A stretch of 63,999 bases of DNA, the filler included, from Asterionella formosa (Eukaryota): assembly GCA_002256025.1 (NCBI GenBank). It is 12 parts of 12 records of this genome, joined end to end, with 100 filler letters (N's around TTAATTAATTAA, not from the genome) between each part and the next. Parts side by side here need not be neighbours in the genome. Positions count along the whole stretch, not along the records: positions 32,291 to 37,557 come from NKIB01013140.1; positions 37,658 to 42,924 come from NKIB01013141.1; positions 43,025 to 48,286 come from NKIB01013143.1; positions 48,387 to 53,648 come from NKIB01013144.1; 8 more parts are not named here. One strand, 5' to 3'. Positions 36,099 through 49,240 of the stretch are shown piece after piece (position 1 is the stretch's first letter; each line of letters begins with the position of its first letter). A program made the position numbers and the translations under genes. Under the pieces are notes generated by a model. It had not been told where the DNA came from. It ran no database searches and saw nothing but the letters and a program-made list of their open reading frames with translations.

Positions 36099-36965
36099 CT
36101 ATCCGCAGTATTCCAGTGATGAGTGGCTGGTGAAAAGGAGGATATCCAAGATCACAGTCTCCCTCCCACCATAGTGAAGGGTTCTTGTACAGGCTGGCAA
36201 AGGAATTCCTTGGTTGTTGTGAGAGTAAAATAATAGTGAAAAACCCCATGATATGATGCTCTTGTTGTTGCTGTGAGCATCTGAGTAGACTAGATCCAGC
36301 AATATCCCCCCCCATTTAAGAAAATTGGCAAGCCAAGGGTTGACGATGCTTGATAGATGGGAAGACATGCTGGGGTGTGGCAACACAGGAAAGTGTCTGG
36401 TATTGATGATGGACAACCTGATGGCACGTTTATGTTCATGGCATGCCATGTGGTTGCAGTGAATGAGGAATGCTTCCAGGGTAAGAATGTTCATCATGGA
36501 AATGATATGTTTAGTGATGAAGATGCCTAAAAGGATGAAATCATGGAGACCAGCATCAATTAGAATCTCAAGGAAATCTTGTGGAAATCCTATTGTAGTG
36601 AGCATGAAGTCGACATATGCAAGATCAACCATGGCTGGTGCACCGCCAATATCATGAGGGTTGTCAAGCCAAGGGGCTAGGGACATGGTGGTGCGGAAGC
36701 AAGTGTAAACGAAAAGAAAGGGCCCCTTTATAAGTACTTGTGGGCATTGTGAGCGTCTTTTTAGACCTCGGTACCGAGTAAGGTGGGTGGGGGTACAAGC
36801 AAACGGGACCTCTGAACCAAGAGCTGTGGGTAGAGAGAAATACAACAGCAAATGCAGAGACACACGCAAACTACTGAGGCGTGCCGCTTCAACACGGTGA
36901 CTTTTGGTTTGCAACAACAGCTGCTTTGACCAGATGGAATCTGCGTCAAAGTACAATGGGTCCAA
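36099..36965 (-). pseudogene. Unidentified CpG-poor ORF, possibly a decayed retroelement gag region
   Basis: 288-aa ORF in CpG-depleted sequence with no diagnostic motif recognised. Confidence 0.2.
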
Positions 36966-37657
36966 GGAGGGTAAGGAGCAGAAAGGTCTGATAAACTAGT
37001 AAAGGAAAGTGGAAACACAATATATACAGCTGCAGCGCAAATCATGATGAATCCATTCATTGCCGGACACAGAGAAAAAGGTTTACCAAATGTAAATTCT
37101 ACTAATGTGTGCTGTATTATTAATTTCGTACCCTGTTGGCTTTACTGCTGGCTGGTACCAGGTTGTCAAGATTTAGTACTGCGTGCATATTAGTTCAGTT
37201 GAACTAGGTAATCAATCTTGAATAATATTCCAGCCAAAATCCCGTATTGAAATGCTGTGAGAATTTGAACAGCATTGATTGCCAAGAACTATATCAGCAA
37301 ACCAAGGTAAATATTCGAATGGAGAATGTTCTAAGTAATCAATATTTCAATGAAGGAAAGGTATATATGCAATGCAGATAGCATTGAATATTCACGATGG
37401 TTCTACAAGTGAGTGGAGTTGAGTTGTCAGTTGAGAATTGAATGTCTAACAACACAATGAATATCTATATACAAATTTGGGAAGAGAACCTTAATAATTG
37501 GTCATGTGAACGATTACAAGATAGATCAAATAAGCTCACAATAAGGTGGGATTAGAANNNNNNNNNNNNNNNNNNNNNNNNNNNNNNNNNNNNNNNNNNN
37601 NTTAATTAATTAANNNNNNNNNNNNNNNNNNNNNNNNNNNNNNNNNNNNNNNNNNNN

Positions 37658-40032
37658 TCAATAGTGTCTTGACTACACTTGGTTTATCTGATAATTCAAT
37701 TGGTGATGACGGAGCCAAGGCCATTGCAGAGGCTCTCAAGGTCAATACTGTCTTGACTACACTTTATCTCGATAGAAATTCAATTGGTGATGACGGAGCC
37801 AAGGCCATTGCAGAGGCTCTCAAGGTCAATACTGTCTTTACTATACTTTCTTTCGATGGTAATCAAATGGGCGACAATTTACTAAATGATATAAAAAAAA
37901 TCTTTGATGCAAACAAGAACCGCAAACCAACAGTAGCCAACACAACTCAGCCAACATCATCAACATCAACAACAAATGCACCACATCCTCCTTCCCCAAG
38001 AACTTCAACACCAAACAAGAACAATCCTATGGATCCCATTTCCATAGGTCGATCGAACATGAAGGAAGCTATGGACAATGTGAAATCAAGACCAATCGAG
38101 CTTCCTAAGGAATTCATTATTAGTTGTACAAATGACTTTGATGATGCCTTGAATCTAGGTAAAGGAGCTTTTGGTGCTGTCTACAAAGGGAAGGATGACA
38201 ATCAGTATTTTGCTGTGAAACGTATTCTTTTCGACATTGCTGTTGCAAAAGATAAGGTGAAGGAAGTTAGTAAAACTTTCAAAACTGAATTGGAGGTGAG
38301 CTCATGTGTGGTATCATTTAATGGATTTCTTTTCAAGGCTTATGTTTCTCATTCTTCTGTCATTATGTCTCAGGCATTAAAGAGGTTCCGACACCCCCAT
38401 ATTGTAACTTTGTATGGCTATCATTTGTCCCCTGGTTCATCTGATCAATACTTGGTGTATGAGTTTACAGCCAAGGGTTCGCTTGATACATTCTATAAGA
38501 CTGAAGAAAGCAGATCAAGTCTCTCGAGTGAGAGACGACTTCAAATCATGTTTGACATAACTCGTGCCATCCACTGCCTTCATACTGATACAAAGGACAA
38601 CCACATTCTGTTTCATCGTGACATCAAGTCGGCTAATATCTGCCTGCAACAGAACTATACTGCCAAACTGATTGATTGCGGCCTAGCCAAGTTTGTGCCT
38701 GTGGATGACTCCAGTTCAATCAGTAGAATTCCTTTTTCAGTTCGAAACACATCAGGTAGTGCAATCTTTGGGACACCTGGTTACATATGTCCATGGTATA
38801 ATCGTGGACATAAGTCATTTGAAGCATGCTGCGATGTTTACTCATTTGGCATGGTCATGATTGAGCTTGTGACAGGCTGCCTCCAAAATGATAAGACAAG
38901 GTTGGGAGATTTTTATGATCGCTACATTGATTATGAGTTGCCATTGGTTGAAGATGTTGATCCTCTTGCAGAGGACTGGGAAGATGGCATTCTGTCCTCT
39001 GTGTGCAAATTAGCCATTAGTTGTATTCAGTCCAATCGCATGAATAGGCCAACGACTATTGAATTGGTTGAGAAACTGGGTCAACTTGTAAGTCAAACAC
39101 GTCCCAAACAAGCATACAGTGGAAATACTGGAACAACAAATGCAAATGAAAGTACTGCACTATGTCTTGTGTGTGGCAAAGATTCTACTTTTGTTTCCAT
39201 GTGCAAAGATCATTTCATATGCCAACAATGCTTTGAGGATCATGTCTATACACATCTTGGCGATGAGACCATTTGTTGCCCAATCAATGGTTGTGACAAG
39301 TCCTTTTCTAATGAGGACCTGAGCTATCTCTATAAGCTTCATGTGAATAAGCGAAATGAAAATGGTAGGTGGTCTGAACTGTCACAGAAACAGACAAAAA
39401 TAATTTTGGAGAAGATATCTTATCTAGAGTCACGAGTTACAAAGGGCCTTGCTAATCTTCTTGCTGGAGTAGATGCAAGGTGTCCCAGAATTGTCTGTAT
39501 TGTACCACTCAGTAATCAAGATGGGGTCACAAGCAATCCAATGATGTGGCCAAGAAACTGGACAAGAACTGAAGTGCAGATTTTCTTTGTTTGTCAGCAT
39601 TCAAGTGTTGTTGTAAAAGAAGCCAGTATTACTACCAGGGTTACTAAGCCATGGATGAAAAGTGTTGCACCTGCCATCGGATTCGCTTTGCTCCTTCTGA
39701 AAATTGCAGCTGCTGCTACAGTTTTTATTGATTTGCATGATCCAATAGATTTGATCAATAAATTTGTCATTGATATGATCAAAGACCCACTGACTAGAGA
39801 TTTCATTGGAGTGACTGAAAAACTCCTTACTGATATAAGTGCTACTCAAAATACTGATATTCTTAAACTGGAAAAGGAGAAACAAATTGAAATTATTGGT
39901 GCATCATATGAAGTAATTTCTACAAAAGCTCATAAGGAAAAGAATTCTGGGTGGAAGAACTATCTGGTTCATGTTTTGGACAAAGATGGTAATGTCATGT
40001 GGGTGAAGAAAGAGTTTAAAGATAAATATTAG
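37658..40032 (+). CDS. 5'-truncated LRR - IRAK/Pelle-like kinase - RING-like - C-terminal domain protein; in-frame intron 38296-38373
   Basis: 28-aa RNI-like LRRs (TTL.L..NSIGDDGAKAIAEALKVNTVL), kinase motifs LGKGAFGAVYKG, FAVKR, HRDIKSANI, LIDCGLAK, GTPGY, DVYSFG, then CLVC...CKDHFICQQC...CPINGC. Confidence 0.88.
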
Positions 40033-40162
40033 TGATTGTTCTTTGTTTCCTTTCTGCATTTTGAATGTCTTTTCTGATGAATAGAGAAGTTCCAAAGCTA
40101 CTTCATTATCGTTAGGGAATCAAGTTTTTAAGTAAGTTAAAACCAAAATAACAATCACACTT

Positions 40163-40240
40163 CCCAATGGAAGGTTGTAACAAGTTCTTTTCTAATGATG
40201 ACCTAAGCCATCTTCATAAGCTTCATGTGAAAAAACGAGA
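40163..40240 (+). repeat. Diverged duplicate of the post-RING segment (39280-39357) of the kinase gene
   Basis: CCCAAT...GGTTGT(A/G)ACAAGT.CTTTTCTAATGA.GACCT.AGC.ATCT..ATAAGCTTCATGTGAA occurs in both places. Confidence 0.75.
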
Positions 40241-40884
40241 CAAAGATGACAATTGATCCAAACTATTGCAAAACCAAAGAGAATTTCAGGAGAAGATTTG
40301 GGAGGGGACAAAAGATGGAGCAAGTCAATTTTCTAGGATTAGGGTTAGGGAAAAGGGATGATGCCTCTAAGCGTCATCTCTATAGAGCATCCAGCCCTTC
40401 TAGGGCTGGGCATGTAACTGTAGCACACAGTATGACTAATCCTCTAGATGGAAACTGGTATGAGAATGAATGTGTTAGTACCGGTTTTTTGTCTTTTGAT
40501 ATCAATATGTAGAAGTGCACTGTGTTGTACTTACCAGAGTGATGGCCATGTAATAATGTTATACATTATTATTATGTTATGCATGTCATATATATAAAAT
40601 TTCGCATTCGCGGGTGCGTCCCGACTGACATGGTTAAGTGCCAATATTTGGTTGTTACTTTTAGGTGGAGTTTAGCAATTCCATGGGCATGGCAACAGTT
40701 GCGGCATGATGGTACATCGATGTTATGGTTTGAAAAATGTAATTGGTGTCGGTACGAAAAAGATCTTCATGTCATATTTGAAGATGAGGTGGGTTCACTG
40801 AATCGATTAAAGACTGTGCCAATTGGACAAGAATTGAATGAGAAACCATGGACGGTGTGATCGTCAAGGTGTGTTTGTTTTTGA

Positions 40885-41300
40885 TGTCAATGATAATGGT
40901 TGTACGACAATGCTCACACTTTACTGTACAGTATAATGTAGTTGTATCTTGTAACTTTGTAGATTTGTACTGGTGACCAGTACTGATTTGAAATGACGAT
41001 TGGTATACTATAATGATTCTTTCTACATAGCTGTACATACGTGTAATTGGTTAGTTCCTGGTACCTGGGATATGGTACCAAGACATCTGTTTAGTCACAG
41101 GCACGAAGTAATATTGGCCGTATTGGTACGTCGTGTTGAGGGGAACCTTATCGTGAATAAAGGTGAACTACAATATTATGACTATTCTATTGCTGTTCCA
41201 AGTACATCGTTGTTAGCACTCACGCATGTACCTAATCTGGTGGCTGCGCCAGTATGGTTTGTACGGCGCATGTATGGAGCATCATATGCAGATATTAACA
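40885..41300 (-). repeat. Probable 3' LTR of the adjacent Copia element
   Basis: On the minus strand a purine tract GGTGAGGGTG (41310-41301) is followed by TGTTAAT. Candidate end ATTGACA at 40885 is an imperfect inverted terminus. Confidence 0.55.
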
Positions 41301-42924
41301 CACCCTCACCAACAGATGCAGGCAGAAGAACAGGAGTGGGGGTGGAGATGATATCAGCATCGGAAGCCAAGCACGCATAATAGTTAGGAGGTCTAGGGAG
41401 GGATGGAGGGCAATGGAGATAGTGCGGGCGCATCAACATATGATGGGAAGCGGGATGATGTTTAGTGAAATAATCAGCATGATTCAAACTACCTTTTTTC
41501 CAGTATACAAGAAATTGGCCTTGGCAAACCCAATCGTGTACCCAGTAATAACGCATATCCATAGCTTTGGAACGTTTTTGTCGGACAGTATCATTGGCAA
41601 TGCCACTGGCAGTGCTATTATCGGTGACAATACGGGTAGAAGGTTGGGGATGACCAAGCTCAACAAGAATGGTGCGAATAGCATATGCCTCTTTGCCATT
41701 GTGGAATAAAGCAGCTAATTCAGCCTCAGCAGCACTTGATACAACCTCCTTAAGAATTTGACAGTGGACGTAAATAGCACCGTTAAGAGGAGGGATGGAT
41801 GTAGTGAGGCTAGGTGGAGACACGGGTTTACAGCTGAGAAAATGAATGCCGGCAGCGCAGGAGCAACCACATGTTTCAGAGAGATAGGAAGCATCGCTTT
41901 CGACATGGAGGACCATGTCACTGGCAGTAAAGCGAAGTGTGGCCTCAGGATGCGTGGCACAATAATTGAGAAGGTGAGTAATAGCAGTCAAGGTAGCCAG
42001 AGTGGGGGTTGCTTGTTGTGTAGCCAATGTACCAAGGGCCGGCAACATAGTACAATCAATAGCACGGGCATAGTACAATAAAGTACCAAGAATCTCTTGC
42101 ACACGTGTTTTATCATGGAGGTCAAGGACAGGGGTGACATCAGAAACAACAAATTGCTGGCGAGCGCCATAACTAGGTGCAGTCCAGGCATGGGGGGCAT
42201 GTTGTGGGTGTGTTGGAGTGGAGTGCGTGAATCGTTGTAGAGCACGAACAATGTAACCAGGCAAAGTGAGGTCAACTGTGCAATGTTCATAGTCCCACGT
42301 CAGTGTAAGGCCAATGTATCGAGAGCCAGTCCAATCAGTTGTGAGTCGGTATTTGGTACGTAAAGTGGTGAGGAGACGGTCCACGTCACTACGTTTGGTG
42401 TAACGTACACCAAAATCATCAACAACAAGCGTAAACATGAGATCACTGGTGGTATCCATCCATAGGCCAGGGGTGACTGGGCAGGGGAGGTAATGATGTG
42501 GTAGCAAGAACTGAGCAAGTTGATCATTGGCAAGTTTACCAGCTTGAGGCAGCCCATACATGCCACGACGGATTTCGGCATAGATGTGCCCATCAATGAT
42601 TTTTGGAGCTAGGTTGTAGAGGGTTTGAATGTGTGGGGGAATCATCCATATAGGGATGCGCACGTATTCATACTCGGCAGGTGCAAGATGACTTTCCAGA
42701 TAAAAATCAGATAAATCCAGAGTCATGAAGCGGCCACCGGGGGTACTGATGGTGCTGTTGAACAAACATTTTGCAGTAGTGAGATCAGCAGTCTTGGTGC
42801 TGACATTGCCAGTGTAAATGACACGATCACCCCCAGCAGTCCAACGAACGCGTTGGGGAATGGTTTTTTCAGGGCGATCGGCACACACAATGCGGATGTA
42901 AGTGGCGCGTTTGTGTGAGGGCAT
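41182..42924 (-). mobile_element. Ty1/Copia (CoDi-like) RT-RNase H, open reading frame, 5'-truncated
   Basis: RGMYGLPQAG, LVVDDFGV, ESDASYL, SAAEAELAALF, TDNSTA, KRSKAMDMRYYW and ADYFTKHH. Confidence 0.95.
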
Positions 42925-43024
42925 NNNNNNNNNNNNNNNNNNNNNNNNNNNNNNNNNNNNNNNNNNNNTTAATTAATTAANNNNNNNNNNNNNNNNNNNN
43001 NNNNNNNNNNNNNNNNNNNNNNNN

Positions 43025-43500
43025 ATGATGCTAGAAATATCCGAGCACTACTTTGCTCAAAAAGTCTTTGGGAACTCAGATGATAAATGGGTACATCTGT
43101 TCCTCTGGATCCATGAAGAATTCCCTGAGCTTTGACCTGTGTCACTCTTACTGGCTGGTGTCTTATTTGCACCACTGTGAAAAGATCAAGGGAGGTTTTC
43201 TTTTTCCTACAGAGGAAAAGTTGAAATATCTGCCAGCCAACGGCATTTTCGTCAATCAAATGTCCTACAAAGTGGAAACAAACCGGTTAACTAAACTTGT
43301 TAGGGAGGTGCTTGGTTTGGACAATCTTAACAAGGTTGGTATGCACATGTTCCATAGGAAGGGGTACCTGATTGGTCATTGGGGTGGTGGAGCAGTGGAA
43401 TCCTTGATGAAATATGCTCGTCACCAGGCAGCCAGTCAGTCAAGACTGCCATGTTATATGTTGAGGATGTAGATGCCCAGCTAGCAATTGCCCACATACA
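43025..43500 (+). mobile_element. Decayed tyrosine recombinase C-terminus (Crypton-like)
   Basis: LCHSYWLVSYL...IKGGFLFPT...KVGMHMFHRKGYLIGHWGGG....LMKYARH resembles the GTH..RKTGYL...WG...ARH...Y catalytic boxes of eukaryotic YR elements. Confidence 0.55.
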
Positions 43501-44674
43501 CAACAATCATTTAAACAAGTGCAAAGTGTGAACATTTTTAGTCTAGTTTTGTCAAAGTGATGACAGCTACAAAAGTATTAAATCAACCTTTTGTGGTTTT
43601 TCAGTGCGAATTTTCTGAGCTTGCTGCACAGTATGTACTCTTGATTGACTGAATGTCCCAATGTCACACCCAATCTCCTTCAGTCCTTCACACATATTTG
43701 CCCTGGCTATGAACAAGGAGCCACATACATCCACAAAATGCCATTGAAAGCTCGAATTCTTTTTCAATGAGCTAGCTTTGCCTCTTTCAGAAAACCACAT
43801 GGCCTAATCAATAGGTTTGTACGCACATGAGTTATGAAGAATGAAGAAAATCATAGGCATTCTATTGCTTGCTATTACAGGTATAGTACAATGAATCCAG
43901 GTTCAACGAAAAATGGTTCACCAACACTGTTACTAAAATTGGAATTGCTGATGCTGTTACCATCTCCACAGCTCTAAAGAAAAACCGGAAAAGAAAAAAG
44001 GGTCCATTGAATTTGATGAGATTTTTCTAGTTGCCAAAACAAAAAATTCTCATGAGAAGCTGACTTGATCTTGAATCTTGCAAGCAAAATGGAGCATCTC
44101 CTGTACTTAGATGTCACTGAAAGGATGCAACTCTTTGATGTTGAATTTATCAAGCCAATATTTGCATGCTTCCTGAATCATTGCAATGGCAACAGTGACA
44201 CCTTCCACAGCCTCCATCCCCAGTTCCTCCACTCAAAATTCTCCAAACGCTGCTGATGTAGGAAAGATTGGTTGTGGAGTTAATTGGTTAGTTTAATACA
44301 AGAAATTGCATGTTAGCAATTGCAACAGCCAGTGACCAATTTCAACCATCACATTTGGTGAGTTTGTTATTTTCATGACGCCATGTTGGAGATGAAGATT
44401 GAACAGGTGGACATGCGAAATAATGATATTTCAAAATGACTCCTTGCTGACGTCATCTCGTCGCTCTACCACATTGCACCATAGACCTCTACTGGTACTG
44501 GTACCTGGTAGTCTACTTGCTTGCCACACTCCCTCACCTTTTGATGCCTGTCACGCCTATCTTTTGTTCTGTTACTTGCAACGAGGCAATACTGATGGTG
44601 CATACCACTCATGTGACATTGTGGCCTCCAGAGTCGAGTAAGCAAGTTTCGGTTTGGCACCTGCAATCATCTCA

Positions 44675-46841
44675 ATGGAATTTAAAGAAGCAGAAAGTAA
44701 AATCAGTGCTTGGCTAGATTCGGCAGGAGCGGACACTGGCTTGACTTTTGCGGCAAGACACCAGGTGCGTTTCGCTTGTCTCGCCATTGGTGGCCAGCTG
44801 ATTGTCTCTTTGCGCCGATACATCGCTCTTCATATGTCTAACCGTTCTAGAACTCTAGCTCGATTCTGCTTTGAAAGACGAGGATGCTTACAAGTTTTTT
44901 GCGGCTGCCATTTTATCGCCCCCACCTTCGCTAGATGACGAGCAGAGAGTAAAACGCTCGTTTCGGGCCATGCAGGTACTGACGGGCGACCTCGCCAAGT
45001 CGCCAGATTCAGCCGTATTGATGAACGCGACAAGAGCGGGTTTGCTAGCAAAGGACATTTTCGCTGCATTGAACAAGGGCGCTTACTTGTTACATGCTCG
45101 GAAACTGTTGGACTCGTTACTCGGAACCTACCCGTCCTCCGTTGTTTCGGCCGCATGTGCTGGCGGGAAGGAAGGCATGGAGTCGCATTTGAGACCATTG
45201 CTATTGGCGGAAACATCCTCTCAAACCCTTCCGACGTTGACGAATTTGGTTGTCGTTGGTTGTACGGGAAAGATGGGTCAGCCTTCGGCTGAACAAACTC
45301 AGCAGGCTGCCTACAATATTCTCAACACGCCATCCACCATCAGCAACGGGCATAGAAGAAAGTTTGTTCGCACTCTTTCCGACTGGGATGTACTGTCACG
45401 TATTTTCGAGTGCATCAACGACAACTTCGCAATGGTAGGGGAAGAATTGTGCGAAAGCATTTTGACGATTGTGGAATGTTTAGGCACCCCAGAGAGTGAT
45501 GCTCAGTCCGCCACAAACAAGAATGGGGTGAAGCAGAGCACTGAATCAGTAGGTGAGGATATGGTGTTGGCTGCACTCGGGAAAGATGAATGGTGGGATC
45601 CTGTGTTTGCTCAATTGAACCACTCAAATGAAACAACGAAGGTTGCAGCAACTCGTGCAATGATGGGTATCATTACTCTTGCAACTGGAAGCTCCTCGAG
45701 AATCCGCAAGGTCGACGCTCCCATGACGGACGCAACAGAGAATTTCGATGGCTCTAAACAGAATGATACCGGTAAAGAAATTCATGAACACAAAAACAAA
45801 CTATTGGAATGGGGTTTGACCGCAAAAATTCACAGAAGTTTGATCGGTCACATCCCTCAGCTTTGTCGGATCCTTCTGTGGAAAGAAGGCGCGGACCAAG
45901 GTGCAACAACCTACTGGAACCGAGGCGACGACCAAGGAAAGAACGGGAGCAACGACCAAAAAAATGGCCTAGGTATCCCTCATCCAGGTCGATGCCGCAT
46001 AGTCCCATTCTCCACATGGAGGCTACATTTGGTGACATTGCTGGCGGAGATTGTCACATACAATGATGATACGCCAAAGGTCAACGCTACCAGAGATCCT
46101 GAATCACTTCGACATACAGCCATGTCAGCTGTCATGAAACTCCCACTTTCCGCTAGTTTGCTCCCAGAAGGCGAAGAACCGAAAAATGATGATGTATGCA
46201 ACCCTTGGCCGTCACTTTGCGATTGGGTGTTTGACTACCCAGAAAATAATCTTTTTCACTTTCAGTTCATCCGCCTCTTTCGGGCGATTGTTTTGGAGCA
46301 TCACGAGCCAACTCTGAGACTTGTGTTGCAAAAGGCTAAGTTTGTATCCAGGAGTGTTCGTGCGTGCAAAGAAGGTGGACCCCTCCGTGGAGTGCTTATT
46401 CAGTGCCTGAACTTGCTCCGTCTTCGAAGCCAATCGTTACCCGCAAGTGCTTTTCTGAGGCAGTTTTTGTTTAGTCATGACGGATGGAAAGCGTACCAAG
46501 ATTCGCTACTTCAGTAAGTGAACCGCGGTTTATCAGTCGTACTGTTTGTCGATTGTGACAACTTACCATTTTTTATCAGGATAACTATGACCCAGCGATT
46601 CGGAGGAAAACCAGTACCTGGTCAGGAAGTGATGTGCATCAAAAACATGAGCATCGATCTTGGCAGCAAATTTTCGGATGAGCTCGGTTTCGAAGGTTTC
46701 GAATCATTCGTTGACGAGGTGCCGCCTGCAGAGGCGAGTGCTGCAGCAGGAGCAAACAAGAAGAAAAAGAAGAACCGCAAGAAAAAGAATAAAAACGGGG
46801 ATGTCACATGTGATCCAGGGGACGAAGATGACAAGGACTGA
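44675..46841 (+). CDS. SIT4-associated protein / PP6 regulatory subunit (SAPS)-like; introns about 44765-44858 and 46514-46579; start uncertain
   Basis: PFSTWRLHLVTLLAEI, DWVFDYPENNLFH and GVLIQCLN are SAPS-like. Splice sites restore the frame. Confidence 0.7.
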
Positions 46842-47222
46842 CTGAAGTATTGTATCATACAATCTAAATTCAATGAATTGGAAATGATTTTCTTTTCTCA
46901 GGAACATCCTGAGGTATGAGCTCGTCCCCTATCACCGTAGCTATGATCGCATAACAGGAGACGGGGCAATTGTGGCTAAAGCAGTGCCAAGCAAGTCACG
47001 TGAATTAACCATGATTATTCATTGAAAGTAGGATCATGCCAATTTATTACGAACAAGGAATATAGCAACCTTTCGAAGTTTCTCGGGTCAACGTGTACTA
47101 ACCTATGAAAATAACAACAACCCGAAATTGGACTAAGACTACCGAAAAGGTTAGCTTAAACCAAAAAAAACTGCTTTCAAGGCATCTAGTCTACTTGTCT
47201 TTATATCAACAAACCGAATAAT

Positions 47223-48140
47223 TTAGAGCTTGGCAGTAAACGCATCGAGCTTGACAATGGAATCGGCCGCAGCAGAGGCACAAGCTTCTTGCTTTCGAAG
47301 GCGAGCGGCCATGTTGGTGCTTTCAATGGCCTTGAAAAAGTCCTCAGCTGCCTCTTTCTGGGCTGGAGTGGTGGCAAGTCCACGGACAGCTCCCCGGGTC
47401 TCGTACATGTAACGGTTGAGTTCGTCAATCACATTGAACCATTCCTTCCTGGAAATGTACTTAGGAAGCAATCCAAGACGCTTCTTGGTCTCAGTAAGGA
47501 TAGCCTTCTTGCGTAGGGCAAGTTCGGGGTCAGAAGGGTTGAAAACAGATCCGTCTCCCTCGTTGGAATAAACGGAGTATGGCGAGTAAAGCTTGGCCGC
47601 CTGATCCGTTCCGTAGGCGGCACCCTCAGAGTAAGAGGTGCCGTCACCGATGATTCCGAAAACGGAGAAACGAGGGGACTCTCCGACAGCAGCGTTGGCG
47701 GCGACAGGGAGGAATGCCACTCCAGCAGCTGCGATTCCTTTCAAGGCTTCACGACGGCTATCCTGCAATCAAGACGAACAAACAAAAGTGAGTACAAGAT
47801 ATAATTCTGCAAAAGCAAGTTGAGTTTCTAATGTAAAAAGCAAAAGGCGAAAGATCGAAATCTGCCCGAGTAGTCGTTCCCTATCGAGAATCGATTTCAT
47901 AATACATGAATCCCTTTGAAGTCCTGTTTGGTGCAAGTGCCCCACGAAATGTATTCAATAGATGTGCCATCCCTGGCCTTCGGGCAGTTAGCAGACACTG
48001 AAATTACGCTTTGACAAGTCCCCAGATTTCCGTTCATTCTCTCTTAATTCTTCGCACTTGGACCAAAGAACGATCTTTCGTCGTACCTGGGAGAAAGCGG
48101 CGGCTGAGACGGCGAGGGAGAGGTAAAGGGCGACCTTCAT
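47223..48140 (-). CDS. psbQ: Photosystem II extrinsic protein PsbQ' precursor; exons 48140-48087 and 47762-47223
   Basis: Signal peptide ending AAA-F, Tat-like SRR...ANA, and mature AVGESPRFSVFG..GDGTSYSEGAAYGTDQ...KEWFNV.DEL.RYMYETRGAVR as in diatom PsbQ'. Confidence 0.93.
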
Positions 48141-48386
48141 TGTTTCTAAATTAGACGAGATAATAGCGGAGCGTTTCAAGTGAGAAGAGAGGTGCTTGAT
48201 AGGTCGACATACGTTCCTCCTGGTGATACGCTGTTGCAAAGACGGACAGAATTGAAGCTCGCGATCCTCAGTGTTCAAGTTTGCCANNNNNNNNNNNNNN
48301 NNNNNNNNNNNNNNNNNNNNNNNNNNNNNNTTAATTAATTAANNNNNNNNNNNNNNNNNNNNNNNNNNNNNNNNNNNNNNNNNNNN

Positions 48387-49240
48387 AGAAAGTGAACACT
48401 AGAAGTTCGACTGAAGCAGAATTGGTTGGTGTCGATGACATCATATCAAAGGTGTTGTGGACGAAATTATTTATTGAAGCACAAGGACACAAGGTGACTA
48501 CGAATGTCATTTACCTTGACAACACTAGCGCAATGAGTCTAGAAGCAAATGGAAAAGCAAGTTCAGGAAAACGCACACGGCATTTCAACATCAAATATTT
48601 CTATATTACTGATCTTATTGAAAGAAAGGAAGTACAAATCAAGTACTGTCCAACGGATGCAATGTTAGCAGACTACATGACGAAACCACTGGTTGGAACG
48701 AAATTTATTCATTTTCGTCAGCACATTATGAATTCAAAGTGAGCATCCGTGTCCAGCAAGAGTGTGTTGGAGAATATATTTTAGGAAAGGAAATCCCGGT
48801 ATGAATTACCTACTACATATTAAATCGAATGAATCAAGAAAGAATATGGTACCAGAGAATTCGAAAACAATCTACCGGGGTACGCCAACAGTAAAAACCC
48901 ATAATTCTATTAAAACTCTTAGGAATGATTACAATCGATCGTGGAGACATCGTTGTTCATATCTACAGCCTATTTGGTCCCTGATGTGTCCTTACAGGAT
49001 ACAAGAAAGCATAGAGTGCTTCGGGACGCAATTTCAACATTTTCTCCCAACGGACAACGATAAAATGGAGTGAACGTATTGTGAGGGAAACTGACAAATA
49101 TCCATGAGAATAAACGTAGTTGGCTATAATCAGTAAGGACAGTACTAGACACAGGTGAATAAGTCTATTTTAATTATATGATTGTAACAAATATTGTACC
49201 TCATCTAGAATAACTCCACCCAAGCAAAGGCTCGCCAATA
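48387..49240 (+). mobile_element. Copia RNase H end (48387-48742) plus probable 3' LTR (about 48765-49240)
   Basis: RSSTEAELVG, DNTSA, KRTRHFNIKYFY and CPTDAMLADYMTKPL, then GCAAGAGTG|TGTTGG. The LTR right end (CCAATA) is tentative. Confidence 0.85.
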
